A DNA stretch of 64,000 bases from an uncultured Alphaproteobacteria bacterium. GTDB lineage: Bacteria; Pseudomonadota; Alphaproteobacteria; Methylaequorales; Methylaequoraceae. Below the pieces are notes generated by a model that saw only the letters and a program-made list of their open reading frames with translations, did no database searches and was not told where the DNA came from. This document shows, in pieces, positions 1 to 9,119 of this stretch (within the stretch, counting starts at the first letter, position 1; each line of letters opens with the position of its first letter). The position numbers and the translations under genes were made by a program. Where the stretch lies: positions 1,447-65,446 of the forward strand of contig CACJRF010000001.1 of assembly GCA_902595755.1 (NCBI GenBank), given 5' to 3'.

Positions 1-1634
1 TGATCTGTTATCAATATTACTTTACCTCCTCTTGCTAGAACTTCCTTCATATTAGAAATATTTTTTTCAAAAAGATAATTTTTAGGAGCTATGAAAACAA
101 TTGGTAATTTTTCATCAACAAGTGCGATTGGTCCATGTTTCATCTCACCAGATGCATATCCCTCTGCATGTATATAAGAAATTTCTTTTAACTTTAATGC
201 ACCCTCCATCGCCAATGGATAGCAATGTCCTCTTCCCAGGTAAAGTACACTTTTAGCTTTAAAAATATTTTTGCTTAATTTTTTTATCTCTTCGCGCAAT
301 TCTAGTATACTAGACATATTCGATGGAATCTCAATTAAACTGTCGGTAAGTTTTTTTTCTGCTGTGTGATTAATTACACCCAACTCTCTTCCAATAACGA
401 GGCATAAACATGAAAGAATACTCAATTGGGCTGTGAAGGCTTTTGTTGAAGCTACACCAATTTCTGGACCTGCCTCAATTGTTAAATAAAAGTCAGATTC
501 CCTTGCGATACTACTTTCTCTGTTATTTACCAAACTAAGGATAATATTTTTGTTTTTTTTAGAATGACGAAGTGCCGCAAGTGTATCTGCGGTTTCTCCT
601 GATTGGGAAATAAAAATAGAAAGAGATGAACTAGATTTCTGTGCTCTTTTATATCTATACTCTGAGGCCAAATGAGCAGAAGAAGGAATCCCAATGTAAT
701 TTTCAAACCAATAGGTAGCTATCTGGCTTGCAAAGAAAGATGTACCACAAGCTATAAAATCTATTCTCTTTATCTTGTTCCATTTAATTTTTAATTCTGG
801 AATATTAATTTTTTTATTTATAGGATCTAAAAACCTTGATAAAGAATTGCTGATTATATTTGGTTGTTCAAAAATTTCTTTCTGCATAAAATGATCAAAA
901 TTTCCTTTACCTAATTTTGAATCACTAAATGAGGATTTTGAAACTTTTCTAATTACTTTTTTAAATTTAGAGTCAAAAATATTTAACTTATCTTTAAAAA
1001 TAAATACACTATCACCCTCTTCCATATATATAATTTTTTGGGTAAATGGAGATAAAGCAATAGAGTCTGATCCGAGATAAAAAGATTTTTCAGAAATACC
1101 AATTGCAAGAGGACTTCCTTTTCTAGCACCAACTAAAAAATTTTGATCTTTAAAAAGTATTGCAATTGCAAAGGCTCCCTCTAAACACGAGAGTGTTTTT
1201 TTTAGCGCTTGTTCAGGAGCACTATTTTTTAAATTCAAATCTATTAAATGTGCAATAACTTCACTATCCGTCTCTGATTTAAATACGTAACTTTTTTTAA
1301 GTAAGTTTTTTTTTAATTCTGAATAATTTTCAATTATCCCATTATGAACAATTGAAACATTAGTTGAATTATGAGGATGGGCATTTTTAGTTGAAGGAAT
1401 CCCATGGGTAGCCCATCTTGTATGACCAATTCCTAATGTCCCTTCAATGTTTTTATTAGATAACTTTTTTTTTAGGTTGATCAGTTTGCCCTGAGCACGA
1501 ATAGTTTGAATCTTCTGATCTACTACCACAGATATACCAGAAGAATCGTACCCCCTATATTCAAGTTTATGAAGACCTTTAATTATTTTGTTTACAACTG
1601 GTTCATCAGATAATACTCCAAAAATTCCACACAT
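1..1634 (-). CDS. glmS: glutamine--fructose-6-phosphate aminotransferase (partial, C-terminus beyond window start)
   Basis: Minus frame open from ATG 1634 to base 1, so it is absent from the ORF track. Hand translation starts MCGIFGVLSDEPVVNKIIKGLHKLEYRGYDSSG (Cys2 class-II amidotransferase). The ATG overlaps the glmU stop as TAATG. Confidence 0.9.
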   Translation of the reverse strand, partial: MCGIFGVLSDEPVVNKIIKGLHKLEYRGYDSSGISVVVDQKIQTIRAQGKLINLKKKLSNKNIEGTLGIGHTRWATHGIPSTKNAHPHNSTNVSIVHNGIIENYSELKKNLLKKSYVFKSETDSEVIAHLIDLNLKNSAPEQALKKTLSCLEGAFAIAILFKDQNFLVGARKGSPLAIGISEKSFYLGSDSIALSPFTQKIIYMEEGDSVFIFKDKLNIFDSKFKKVIRKVSKSSFSDSKLGKGNFDHFMQKEIFEQPNIISNSLSRFLDPINKKINIPELKIKWNKIKRIDFIACGTSFFASQIATYWFENYIGIPSSAHLASEYRYKRAQKSSSSLSIFISQSGETADTLAALRHSKKNKNIILSLVNNRESSIARESDFYLTIEAGPEIGVASTKAFTAQLSILSCLCLVIGRELGVINHTAEKKLTDSLIEIPSNMSSILELREEIKKLSKNIFKAKSVLYLGRGHCYPLAMEGALKLKEISYIHAEGYASGEMKHGPIALVDEKLPIVFIAPKNYLFEKNISNMKEVLARGGKVILITD

Positions 1635-2944
1635 TATTTTTTTTTCTCTTTTCTTACTAATTCAGATTTTCTATATATAAGGCTGTTCTCCTTTATATCT
1701 TTATTTACAATTGTTCCAGCTCCTATAACAGAATTCTTCTTTATTTCTAATGGAGCAATTAATGACGTGTTAGATCCAACTAAACAATTAGCTCCAATAG
1801 TTGTTTTATTCTTATTTTTTCCATCAAAATTACATGTAATTGATCCTGCACCAATATTAGTTTCTTTTCCAATAAGTGCGTCGCCAATATATGATAAATG
1901 AGATACTTTTACACCGCTTTTTATATCTGATTTTTTAATTTCAACAAAATTTCCAATTTTTACATTAGATCCTATTTCTACATTATCTCTTATTCTAGAA
2001 AAAGGGCCTATCATAACATTTCTATTTACTATGGTATTTTCTAAATGTGTAAAACTCTTAATCAAAACATTCTCTTTAACAATAACGCCAACTCCGAAGT
2101 ATACGTTTGGTTGTATTTTTACATTTTTTTCAATTCTTGTATCAGCACTAAAAAATACTGTTGATGGATCTTCCATAAAAATACCCTTATTTAAAAAGAA
2201 ATTTCTTTTTCTGTTTTGAAATATTTTATTAGCTCTTGATAACTCCTGCATATTATTGACACCCTTGCATTCTTCATAATCACAAAGATAATATCCAGCT
2301 TTTAACCCATACTTATAAAATATACTTACTAGATCAGTTAAATAAAATTCTTTTTTCTTATTAAGGTTCCCAACTTTATTAATATATTTTAGTAATTTTT
2401 TTGTATTAAAAATCATCATACCAGAGTTACATATATTAAGGTCATTTTCTGATTGAGTTTTTGTCATTTCAGCTTTCTCTATTATTTTGACTAAAGATTT
2501 ATTCTGAAAAAATAATCTTCCATATGCATGGTCACTTGATTTTGGTTTCATTGCTAAAACACAAAGATCTAGAGAGTTTTTAATAAAATATTTTATCGCA
2601 TTCTCAATAGTTTTTTTTTGAATTAAAGGAGTATCACCGTATAAAATTAGTGTATTTTTTATATTTGATGAATTATTTTTCTTCAGTGCTGTTTTAACGG
2701 CATGAGCTGTGCCATTTCTATTATGCTGTGTTACGAGTTTAATTTTTTTATTTTTTATATTATAAATAAAATTCTTGAATTCATCAGAAATAACTGTTGT
2801 TAAAATTTTTGGATTCATTGATAAGGCAATTTCATGAACATGACTTATCATTTCCTTATTACCTACTTCATGAAACACTTTAGGAATAGATGAATTCATT
2901 CTTGATCCTTTACCTGCAGCTAATACAATGATAGATAATGACAT
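1634..2944 (-). CDS. glmU: bifunctional GlcNAc-1-P uridyltransferase / GlcN-1-P acetyltransferase
   Basis: N-terminal LAAGKGSRM nucleotidyltransferase motif, C-terminal hexapeptide-repeat (left-handed beta-helix) region, adjacent to glmS. Confidence 0.93.
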   Translation of the reverse strand: MSLSIIVLAAGKGSRMNSSIPKVFHEVGNKEMISHVHEIALSMNPKILTTVISDEFKNFIYNIKNKKIKLVTQHNRNGTAHAVKTALKKNNSSNIKNTLILYGDTPLIQKKTIENAIKYFIKNSLDLCVLAMKPKSSDHAYGRLFFQNKSLVKIIEKAEMTKTQSENDLNICNSGMMIFNTKKLLKYINKVGNLNKKKEFYLTDLVSIFYKYGLKAGYYLCDYEECKGVNNMQELSRANKIFQNRKRNFFLNKGIFMEDPSTVFFSADTRIEKNVKIQPNVYFGVGVIVKENVLIKSFTHLENTIVNRNVMIGPFSRIRDNVEIGSNVKIGNFVEIKKSDIKSGVKVSHLSYIGDALIGKETNIGAGSITCNFDGKNKNKTTIGANCLVGSNTSLIAPLEIKKNSVIGAGTIVNKDIKENSLIYRKSELVRKEKKK

Positions 2945-2992
2945 TTGACGTTTCTAATCTTTATAATACTTTTATCAGATAAATATTTTTTT

Positions 2993-3658
2993 ATGAATAA
3001 AAATTTTAAATGTGTAATATTTGATCTTGACGGAACTCTCATAGATAGTGGACCTGATTTAGCTAGTTCTTTAAATTATGTACTTAAAAAGCAAGGCTTT
3101 GAGGGCGTTAACCAATCCATTTTAGGAAGTCTTGTTGGCGGAGGTGCTGAAATGATGATAAGAAAAGGTTTTGATCATATACAAGTAAAAATTGATGAAA
3201 AAAAAGTAGAGACATATATTTTTCAATTCTTAGAATATTATTATAATAATTGCACAAATCAGACAAAACTTTATGAAGGGGTTGAAAATACTTTGAAATA
3301 TCTCAAAGAAGCAAATCTTAAAGTTTGTTTATGTACAAATAAAAGGCAGCACTTAACTAATAAAATTATGAAAGAGTTTAATTTAGAATATTACTTTGAT
3401 TTCATCTTGGGATCATCAAACGAATTGCAAATGAAACCTAGTGTTAAAATGTTAGAATTCTGCTTAAAAAAATTAAAAATTAATTCTTCAGAACAATGTA
3501 TAATGATAGGTGACAGTAACAATGATATTTTACCAGCTAATAAATTAAATATGACTTCCATTTTTGTAAGATATGGTTACGGAAAATTATCAAAAAATAT
3601 AGTTGCAAGTTATGAAGTTAATAAAATTAAGGAAATTATTGATATCTGTAATTTTTAA
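2993..3658 (+). CDS. gph: HAD-superfamily phosphatase (phosphoglycolate phosphatase-like)
   Basis: HAD motif I FDLDGTLIDS and motif IV GDSNNDI. The track ORF begins at TTG 2945; ATG 2993 (MNKNFKCVIFDLDG) is more plausible. Confidence 0.65.
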   Translation: MNKNFKCVIFDLDGTLIDSGPDLASSLNYVLKKQGFEGVNQSILGSLVGGGAEMMIRKGFDHIQVKIDEKKVETYIFQFLEYYYNNCTNQTKLYEGVENTLKYLKEANLKVCLCTNKRQHLTNKIMKEFNLEYYFDFILGSSNELQMKPSVKMLEFCLKKLKINSSEQCIMIGDSNNDILPANKLNMTSIFVRYGYGKLSKNIVASYEVNKIKEIIDICNF

Positions 3659-3899
3659 ATCTTAATCCTCTCATTGAAAAATAAATTAATTTCATTCAGA
3701 CCTTTATAAATAGTCATAATTGCTACGATAAGAGCGCATAGTGCAATAAAGTATAAAAATTTATAAAATTTTGGATCCACTTGATAATTATAAACAAAAT
3801 AATTAGAAATATAATATTCATGTTATGAATTAAGAATATACGAATAATAAATTTGATTTATATCTAAAAATGTCTTAATTTTTCTTTAATAATTAAAAT

Positions 3900-4169
3900 A
3901 TGAGGTTAAAAATGAAAAAAATAATTATTCTTTGCTTTACTTACTTAAGTATAATAACTCTCGCTGAAGACTCATCAGCAGGTTGTCTAAAACTTTTAGA
4001 TAGAGATTTGTCATCTACTAAAAGTCAATTAAATAAATATTCGTGCAAAAAACAACATTCTAATGATATTTCATTTCAATGTTCAAAAAATGCACCAAAT
4101 GGTTGGGCCAAATATTATTCTGTAAAATTTAGAAATATTGAAAAAAAAGTGATAAACTGTTTAGGTTAA
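3900..4169 (+). CDS. small secreted Cys-containing hypothetical protein
   Basis: Signal-peptide-like N-terminus (MKKIIILCFTYLSIITLA), 4 Cys. Alternative start ATG 3912. Confidence 0.45.
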   Translation: MRLKMKKIIILCFTYLSIITLAEDSSAGCLKLLDRDLSSTKSQLNKYSCKKQHSNDISFQCSKNAPNGWAKYYSVKFRNIEKKVINCLG

Positions 4170-4213
4170 AAAAATAAGGTTTTAGATTTCTTTTTTTTTA
4201 ATATATTAGTTGC

Positions 4214-5173
4214 ATGAGTGAAAACCTTATTAAAGAATCGACTTGTGCAATTAATAAAGCCACCCAAATTCTAAATAGAGGCGGACTTGTATCAGTTAAA
4301 GCTGAAACAGTATACGGTTTAGCTTGTGACCCAAGTAACCCTGAAGCAATATTAAAGCTTTACAATTTAAAGAATCGTCCATCAAGCAACCCACTTATAA
4401 TTCATGTTAACTCTTTAGAGATGCTTAAAGAAATTGCTGAAGTTAATACAATAGCTTCAAGTATCATTAATTTTTTCTGGCCAGGACCACTCACTTTGAT
4501 TCTTCCAAGAAAAAAAAATAAAAAAGTTTTAGATTTCGCAGTTGCAGGACTGAATACAATAGCTGTCAGAATGCCATCCTCTGAAATATTTTTGAAACTA
4601 ATAAATAAGTTTGGCAAGCCAGTGGCTGCACCAAGTGCAAATCAAAGTGGATATATTTCTTCTACAAAAGCGAGTCATGTAATTGAGTCATTTGGAGAAG
4701 ACATTGAACTTGTAATTGACTCTGGACAGTCTGAATATGGTCTAGAATCTACTATAATTGATTTAAGCTCAGAAAAAATCTTGATCAGAAGACTGGGTGT
4801 AATAGATAAAAAATTATTAGAAAAAAAAATAGAAACTAAAATATATGAACAAAATGAGCCCAAAAAAAACAATCCAAATTCACCAGGACAATCTTTTAAG
4901 CATTATTCTCCAAACACACCAATTAAATTGAATGTTAAAAATCCTGGAGAAGATGATGCATTTTTAGGGTTCGGCTCTATAAGACTAAACCATAAACCCT
5001 TTCTAAATTTATCTGAAAATGGAGATTTAAATGAGGCAGCTTTTAATTTATTTCATTTTTTGAGAAAACTCGATAAATTAAAGAAAAAAAAAATTTCAAT
5101 TTATCCCATCCCTAAAAAAGGAATTGGTAAAGTAATAAACGAAAGACTGAATAGAGCAAAAGTAAATGAATAA
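4214..5173 (+). CDS. sua5: L-threonylcarbamoyladenylate synthase (YrdC plus Sua5 domains)
   Basis: YrdC-type motifs ETVYGLACDP and APSANQSG, with a C-terminal Sua5-like extension. Confidence 0.85.
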   Translation: MSENLIKESTCAINKATQILNRGGLVSVKAETVYGLACDPSNPEAILKLYNLKNRPSSNPLIIHVNSLEMLKEIAEVNTIASSIINFFWPGPLTLILPRKKNKKVLDFAVAGLNTIAVRMPSSEIFLKLINKFGKPVAAPSANQSGYISSTKASHVIESFGEDIELVIDSGQSEYGLESTIIDLSSEKILIRRLGVIDKKLLEKKIETKIYEQNEPKKNNPNSPGQSFKHYSPNTPIKLNVKNPGEDDAFLGFGSIRLNHKPFLNLSENGDLNEAAFNLFHFLRKLDKLKKKKISIYPIPKKGIGKVINERLNRAKVNE

Positions 5174-6560
5174 AATTTTAAAGCCTCTTCTGAAGACATT
5201 AAATAAGAATGAATTTTGTACAGAACAGGGTATAATTAAGAATTATTGTATTGACTGGAGAGGCAAATTCAAAGGAACAGCTGAAATACTGTTTTTCCCA
5301 AAAAACGTTAAATCTGTTGTTAAAATTATGAAGTTTTGCTTCAAGAATTCGATTTCTATTGTACCTCAAGGAGGAAATACAAGTTTGGTAGGTGGTTCTG
5401 TACCAAGAGTGAATAAGGGAGAAGTAATAATAAATCTCTCAAAATTAAACAAAATTAGAGAAATAGATCCTATCAGTAATACTGTGACGCTCGAGGGTGG
5501 TTGTATTCTTCAGGATGCGAGTGATAAGTTAGAGCCGTTTGGACTTGAAATGCCTATTTCAATAGGTTCAAAAGGTAGTTGTCAAATCGGAGGTAATATT
5601 GCAACTAACGCCGGAGGACTTAATGTAATCAAATATGGTTCGATTAGAAGTAATATTCTGGGAATTGAAGCTGTCTTACCCAATGGAGAATTACATAATG
5701 ATTTAAAAACTATAAAAAAGAATAATACTGGTTTTGATTTAAAACAACTTTTAATTGGTTCCGAGGGTACTTTAGGCATAATTACAGCAGCAACTTTAAA
5801 GATTTACAAGAAGCCAAGTGAAAGAATAGTACTAATACTTTCTACTGACAAAATAAATGAAACTTTGGAGGCTTACAAAACCATAACAAAAAATTTTGGT
5901 GAATTAATTTCAGCATTTGAATTAATGAATAAGTTTTCAGTAAATCTAATAAAAAAACTAGATAATAAACTAAAACTACCTTTCTCAGGAAATTATTACT
6001 GTCTAATTGAACTAACAAATTTTTTAGATATTAAGAATTTCAATAATTTTATTATTGATAAGTTTGGTGAGGTTAGTTTTAAAAAAATGAAAATTATTAT
6101 TGCTAAATCTGAGTCAGAAAATAAAATTTTCTGGAGAATAAGAGAAGAAATACCTTTAGCCGAAAAACTCTTGAAAAACGTTATACAACATGACGTTTCT
6201 TTACCACTTAATTTAATTGATAAATTTATAGAAAAAAGTAGCTCTTCACTTAAAAAACTTGATCCTAAAATCTTTATAATAAACTTTGGACACTTAGGTG
6301 ATAATAATCTTCATTTCAATGTATTTGTTGACAAAATTCTTGATAATAAAGAATACAAGAAAATTCAAAAGAATATAAATAAAATTGTTTTTTCAAATGT
6401 TATAAAATATAACGGCTCAATCAGTGCAGAACATGGTATTGGTCAATTAAGAAGAAAAGAACTTAAAAAGTTTAAGAGTGATGACGAGATTAAAAAAATG
6501 GTCCAAATCAAAAAAATTTTTGATCCAAAAGGGATTATGAATCCAGGTAAGATTATTTAA
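5166..6560 (+). CDS. FAD-linked oxidase (GlcD / D-2-hydroxyacid dehydrogenase family)
   Basis: FAD_binding_4-like PQGGNTSLVGGSVP and C-terminal EHGIG motif. 8-nt overlap with sua5. Confidence 0.8.
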   Translation: MNKILKPLLKTLNKNEFCTEQGIIKNYCIDWRGKFKGTAEILFFPKNVKSVVKIMKFCFKNSISIVPQGGNTSLVGGSVPRVNKGEVIINLSKLNKIREIDPISNTVTLEGGCILQDASDKLEPFGLEMPISIGSKGSCQIGGNIATNAGGLNVIKYGSIRSNILGIEAVLPNGELHNDLKTIKKNNTGFDLKQLLIGSEGTLGIITAATLKIYKKPSERIVLILSTDKINETLEAYKTITKNFGELISAFELMNKFSVNLIKKLDNKLKLPFSGNYYCLIELTNFLDIKNFNNFIIDKFGEVSFKKMKIIIAKSESENKIFWRIREEIPLAEKLLKNVIQHDVSLPLNLIDKFIEKSSSSLKKLDPKIFIINFGHLGDNNLHFNVFVDKILDNKEYKKIQKNINKIVFSNVIKYNGSISAEHGIGQLRRKELKKFKSDDEIKKMVQIKKIFDPKGIMNPGKII

Positions 6561-7465
6561 TCAAGATAATTTTTATATATTTTATTCGCTTCATTACAAA
6601 TCTTTAATGGATTAATATTTAACCTAAACAATCCAACAAAATATAAAAAAAGATATTTTAGATACATTCTCCTATTTTTTTTCCCCCTGACAAATCTCCA
6701 TGCTCTCGCTGTTAAACGTCGCTGAGCATATAATTTAAGGCTTAAATTTAGTTCAGGGTTATCTTTGACAAACAATTCTAGTGATTTTGACACTCTATAT
6801 ATTTGATTATTTTTTTTTTCAGAGATTTGTCCTGGTGCTTTAAATGGTAAGATAGCTACTGGGTAATTTAGCCTAATAAAATTCCCAATATTTGCTAACC
6901 TCAGAGTTAATGAATATTCTTGACTATGAATAACTCTTTCATCACATCCACCTAGCTTTTTACATATATCTGTCCTAACCAGAAATTGTGAAGGGTTGAA
7001 CATTGAATTTCTCATGGCTGATTTAATTGGATTTTTTTGAAATGTTACGTTTATGTTCTCCAATTTATCATCTAATTTTTCAGATGAGATATTTTCTACT
7101 TTTCTTTGCAAACCATATGCAAGGATGAAATTCTTATTTTCCTCTAGAAGTTTTAATAAAATTAATGTGGTTTTATTTATAATTAAATCGTCTGCATCAA
7201 GAAATTTAATATATTTCATATTTGAAGCACAAATACCTGCATTTGTTGCGCTTGCTGAACCTTTATTCTTTTGAGAAATTATCTTACAATTTTTTAGATT
7301 TTTTCTCTCTCTTTTTAGTATCTCTAAAGAGTTATCTGTTGAACCATCGTTTATAAAAATATACTCTTTATCAAAATTACCGGTTTGTTGCCTAAGTGAT
7401 TTTATGACGGTTTTTAAATATTTAGCCTTATTAAAAACTGGTATAACAAAAGAAACTGACGTCAA
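6557..7465 (-). CDS. family 2 glycosyltransferase
   Basis: VSFVIPVFN...INDGSTDNS...LDADD (DXD) pattern. Confidence 0.8.
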   Translation of the reverse strand: MTSVSFVIPVFNKAKYLKTVIKSLRQQTGNFDKEYIFINDGSTDNSLEILKRERKNLKNCKIISQKNKGSASATNAGICASNMKYIKFLDADDLIINKTTLILLKLLEENKNFILAYGLQRKVENISSEKLDDKLENINVTFQKNPIKSAMRNSMFNPSQFLVRTDICKKLGGCDERVIHSQEYSLTLRLANIGNFIRLNYPVAILPFKAPGQISEKKNNQIYRVSKSLELFVKDNPELNLSLKLYAQRRLTARAWRFVRGKKNRRMYLKYLFLYFVGLFRLNINPLKICNEANKIYKNYLD

Positions 7466-7468
7466 AAT

Positions 7469-8176
7469 TTAATTCCCTTGATTAATAAGATATTTTTTTA
7501 ACTCCATATTTCCAAAAGCCGAGGCATTAGTTATTTCAGACCTTTTTTGATAAACCAATCCTATATTATTACATAAAACTTCATTGTTAGTGACATCTAC
7601 AATAATTGGGCCTGACCTAGTATCTGCTATAAAACTAGCGTTTCCTTTTCCTTCAATTTCAATACAATCCTCAAATGATTTTTTTTTGGATTTAAATTGA
7701 AAGTTTCTTCTTGATACTTTGTATTTCATTTTAAACCTTGTTCTTGGCTTAAAATTTCTGAGGGGAGGTTGAAAACCCTTGACTAAAAACAACTGTTCCT
7801 GAGTCTCCCATTCATTAGTTTTAAAAGTTAAATCTGGATAAACTACTTTTTGAACTGGCTCTACGATTCCTTCATTAAAGGCTAAGACTACTGATTTTCT
7901 AAATACAGTTTTTTTTTTTTCATCTATTTCATATGTGTAATAACTACCGTCTGAGTAAAGTTTTGATAATTCTACCTTATTATTTTGTTTATCTTTTTTT
8001 GCGTTAGTAATCATTATTCTTTTTAAGAATCTCTCATTTTTATATGATGAGTAAATATTTATTGAATAAGTCCATTTTAAATTAATGTCCGATGGAAAAA
8101 AATTATTTTTTTCTGGTGTACAACCCTGAATCAGAAGAAGAACTATAGCTAGATATTTAATATTAATATGTTTCAT
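7469..8176 (-). CDS. lipoprotein of unknown function (paralog of 33995..34681)
   Basis: Signal peptide with lipobox LIQGC. Collinear similarity to the 33995..34681 product (FFPSDINLKWTYSINI vs YFPLDEKKKWSYEVTI, plus C-terminal blocks). Confidence 0.6.
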   Translation of the reverse strand: MKHINIKYLAIVLLLIQGCTPEKNNFFPSDINLKWTYSINIYSSYKNERFLKRIMITNAKKDKQNNKVELSKLYSDGSYYTYEIDEKKKTVFRKSVVLAFNEGIVEPVQKVVYPDLTFKTNEWETQEQLFLVKGFQPPLRNFKPRTRFKMKYKVSRRNFQFKSKKKSFEDCIEIEGKGNASFIADTRSGPIIVDVTNNEVLCNNIGLVYQKRSEITNASAFGNMELKKYLINQGN

Positions 8177-8180
8177 AGAG

Positions 8181-8256
8181 TGGTGCCCAGGGGAGGAATT
8201 GAACCACCGACACAGCGATTTTCAGTCGCTTGCTCTACCAACTGAGCTACCTGGGC
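8181..8256 (-). tRNA. tRNA-Phe (GAA), CCA encoded
   Basis: Reverse complement GCCCAGGTAGCTCAGTTGGTAGAGCAAGCGACTGAAAATCGCTGTGTCGGTGGTTCAATTCCTCCCCTGGGCACCA. Full cloverleaf, anticodon loop CTGAAAA, canonical TTCAATT T-loop, one U-U in the T stem. Confidence 0.93.
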
Positions 8257-8307
8257 CTAATTAAAATGTCTAATTATTACTAAACGTTAGAATATTTTCA
8301 AATAAAT

Positions 8308-8889
8308 TCATATTATCTTAAATATTTTATACACTTCTGGAATTGATAATCCAACAACATTTGTATAAGAACCTTTTATTTTTCTAATAAATTTTGAGGC
8401 CATTCCCTGAATTGCATAACCTCCTGCCTTTCCTATACCTTCCTCTAATAGTTTATTACTTATATCAACTGGTTCTAATTTTTCAAAAAAAATTTCCGTA
8501 ATCACAACTTTACTAAATATCTTTCCTTCTTTTGAAATGATACAAATTCCACCGTAAACTTTATGTCTTCTGGCTGACAAATAATTAAGGTAAGTTTTAA
8601 CAGTATCTTTCGATTCAGCCTTATGAAGAATTCTTCCTGCCCTAAAGACTAATGTGTCCCCTGCAATAATAGTTGAGTCGTTAAAATTTTTATAACTTTT
8701 TCTAACATAAAGAGCTTTCTGAATTGCTATATTTCTAACACTTTTTTTTAAAGAACTTTTTTCTAAAAGGTTTTTTTCATTAATCATTGGTTTTATAATC
8801 CTAATTTTTTTTAATCCCAGATTTTGAAGTAGTTCAAGCCTTCTTGGTGAAGAGGAGGCAAGGATTATATTACCAAGCTTATTAAACAA
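8308..8889 (-). CDS. maf: Maf-like nucleoside triphosphate pyrophosphatase
   Basis: N-terminal ILASSSPRRLELL and C-terminal GAYAIQG-like motif (GGYAIQG). Confidence 0.85.
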   Translation of the reverse strand: MFNKLGNIILASSSPRRLELLQNLGLKKIRIIKPMINEKNLLEKSSLKKSVRNIAIQKALYVRKSYKNFNDSTIIAGDTLVFRAGRILHKAESKDTVKTYLNYLSARRHKVYGGICIISKEGKIFSKVVITEIFFEKLEPVDISNKLLEEGIGKAGGYAIQGMASKFIRKIKGSYTNVVGLSIPEVYKIFKII

Positions 8890-8891
8890 AT

Positions 8892-9110
8892 TTATTTATG
8901 TCGGAATGTTATTCGACCTTTAGTTAAATCATAGGGTGTCATCTCAACTGTAACTCTGTCTCCAGCTAAAACTCTTATTCTAAATTTCCTCATTTTTCCT
9001 GCAGTATGGGCTATAATTTCATGATCATTGTCTAACAAAACTCTAAACATTGCATTTGGAAGTAATTCCTTTACAGTCCCTTGAAATTCCATTAATTCAT
9101 CTTTAGCCAT
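8892..9110 (-). CDS. infA: translation initiation factor IF-1
   Basis: 72 aa, [13 protein letters not shown]...[19 protein letters not shown], typical IF-1 S1 fold sequence. Confidence 0.95.
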   Translation of the reverse strand: MAKDELMEFQGTVKELLPNAMFRVLLDNDHEIIAHTAGKMRKFRIRVLAGDRVTVEMTPYDLTKGRITFRHK

Positions 9111-9119
9111 AAATTTCCT

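Noticed and set aside
2945-2992. N-terminal extensions proposed by the track (2945, 31167, 40992, 42607, 55401, 56036, 61200)
   Set aside because: The extensions begin at TTG or upstream ATGs and add hydrophobic or junk residues before well-conserved N-termini. In some cases they overlap the neighbouring gene. Internal ATGs with better context were used instead.
3723-3821. 32-aa hydrophobic minus-strand ORF (MNIIFLIILFIIIKWIQNFINFYTLLHYALLS) in the gph/secreted-protein spacer
   Set aside because: No SD. Its composition is what AT-rich sequence yields by chance, and it has no coupling to neighbours. Not reported as a feature.
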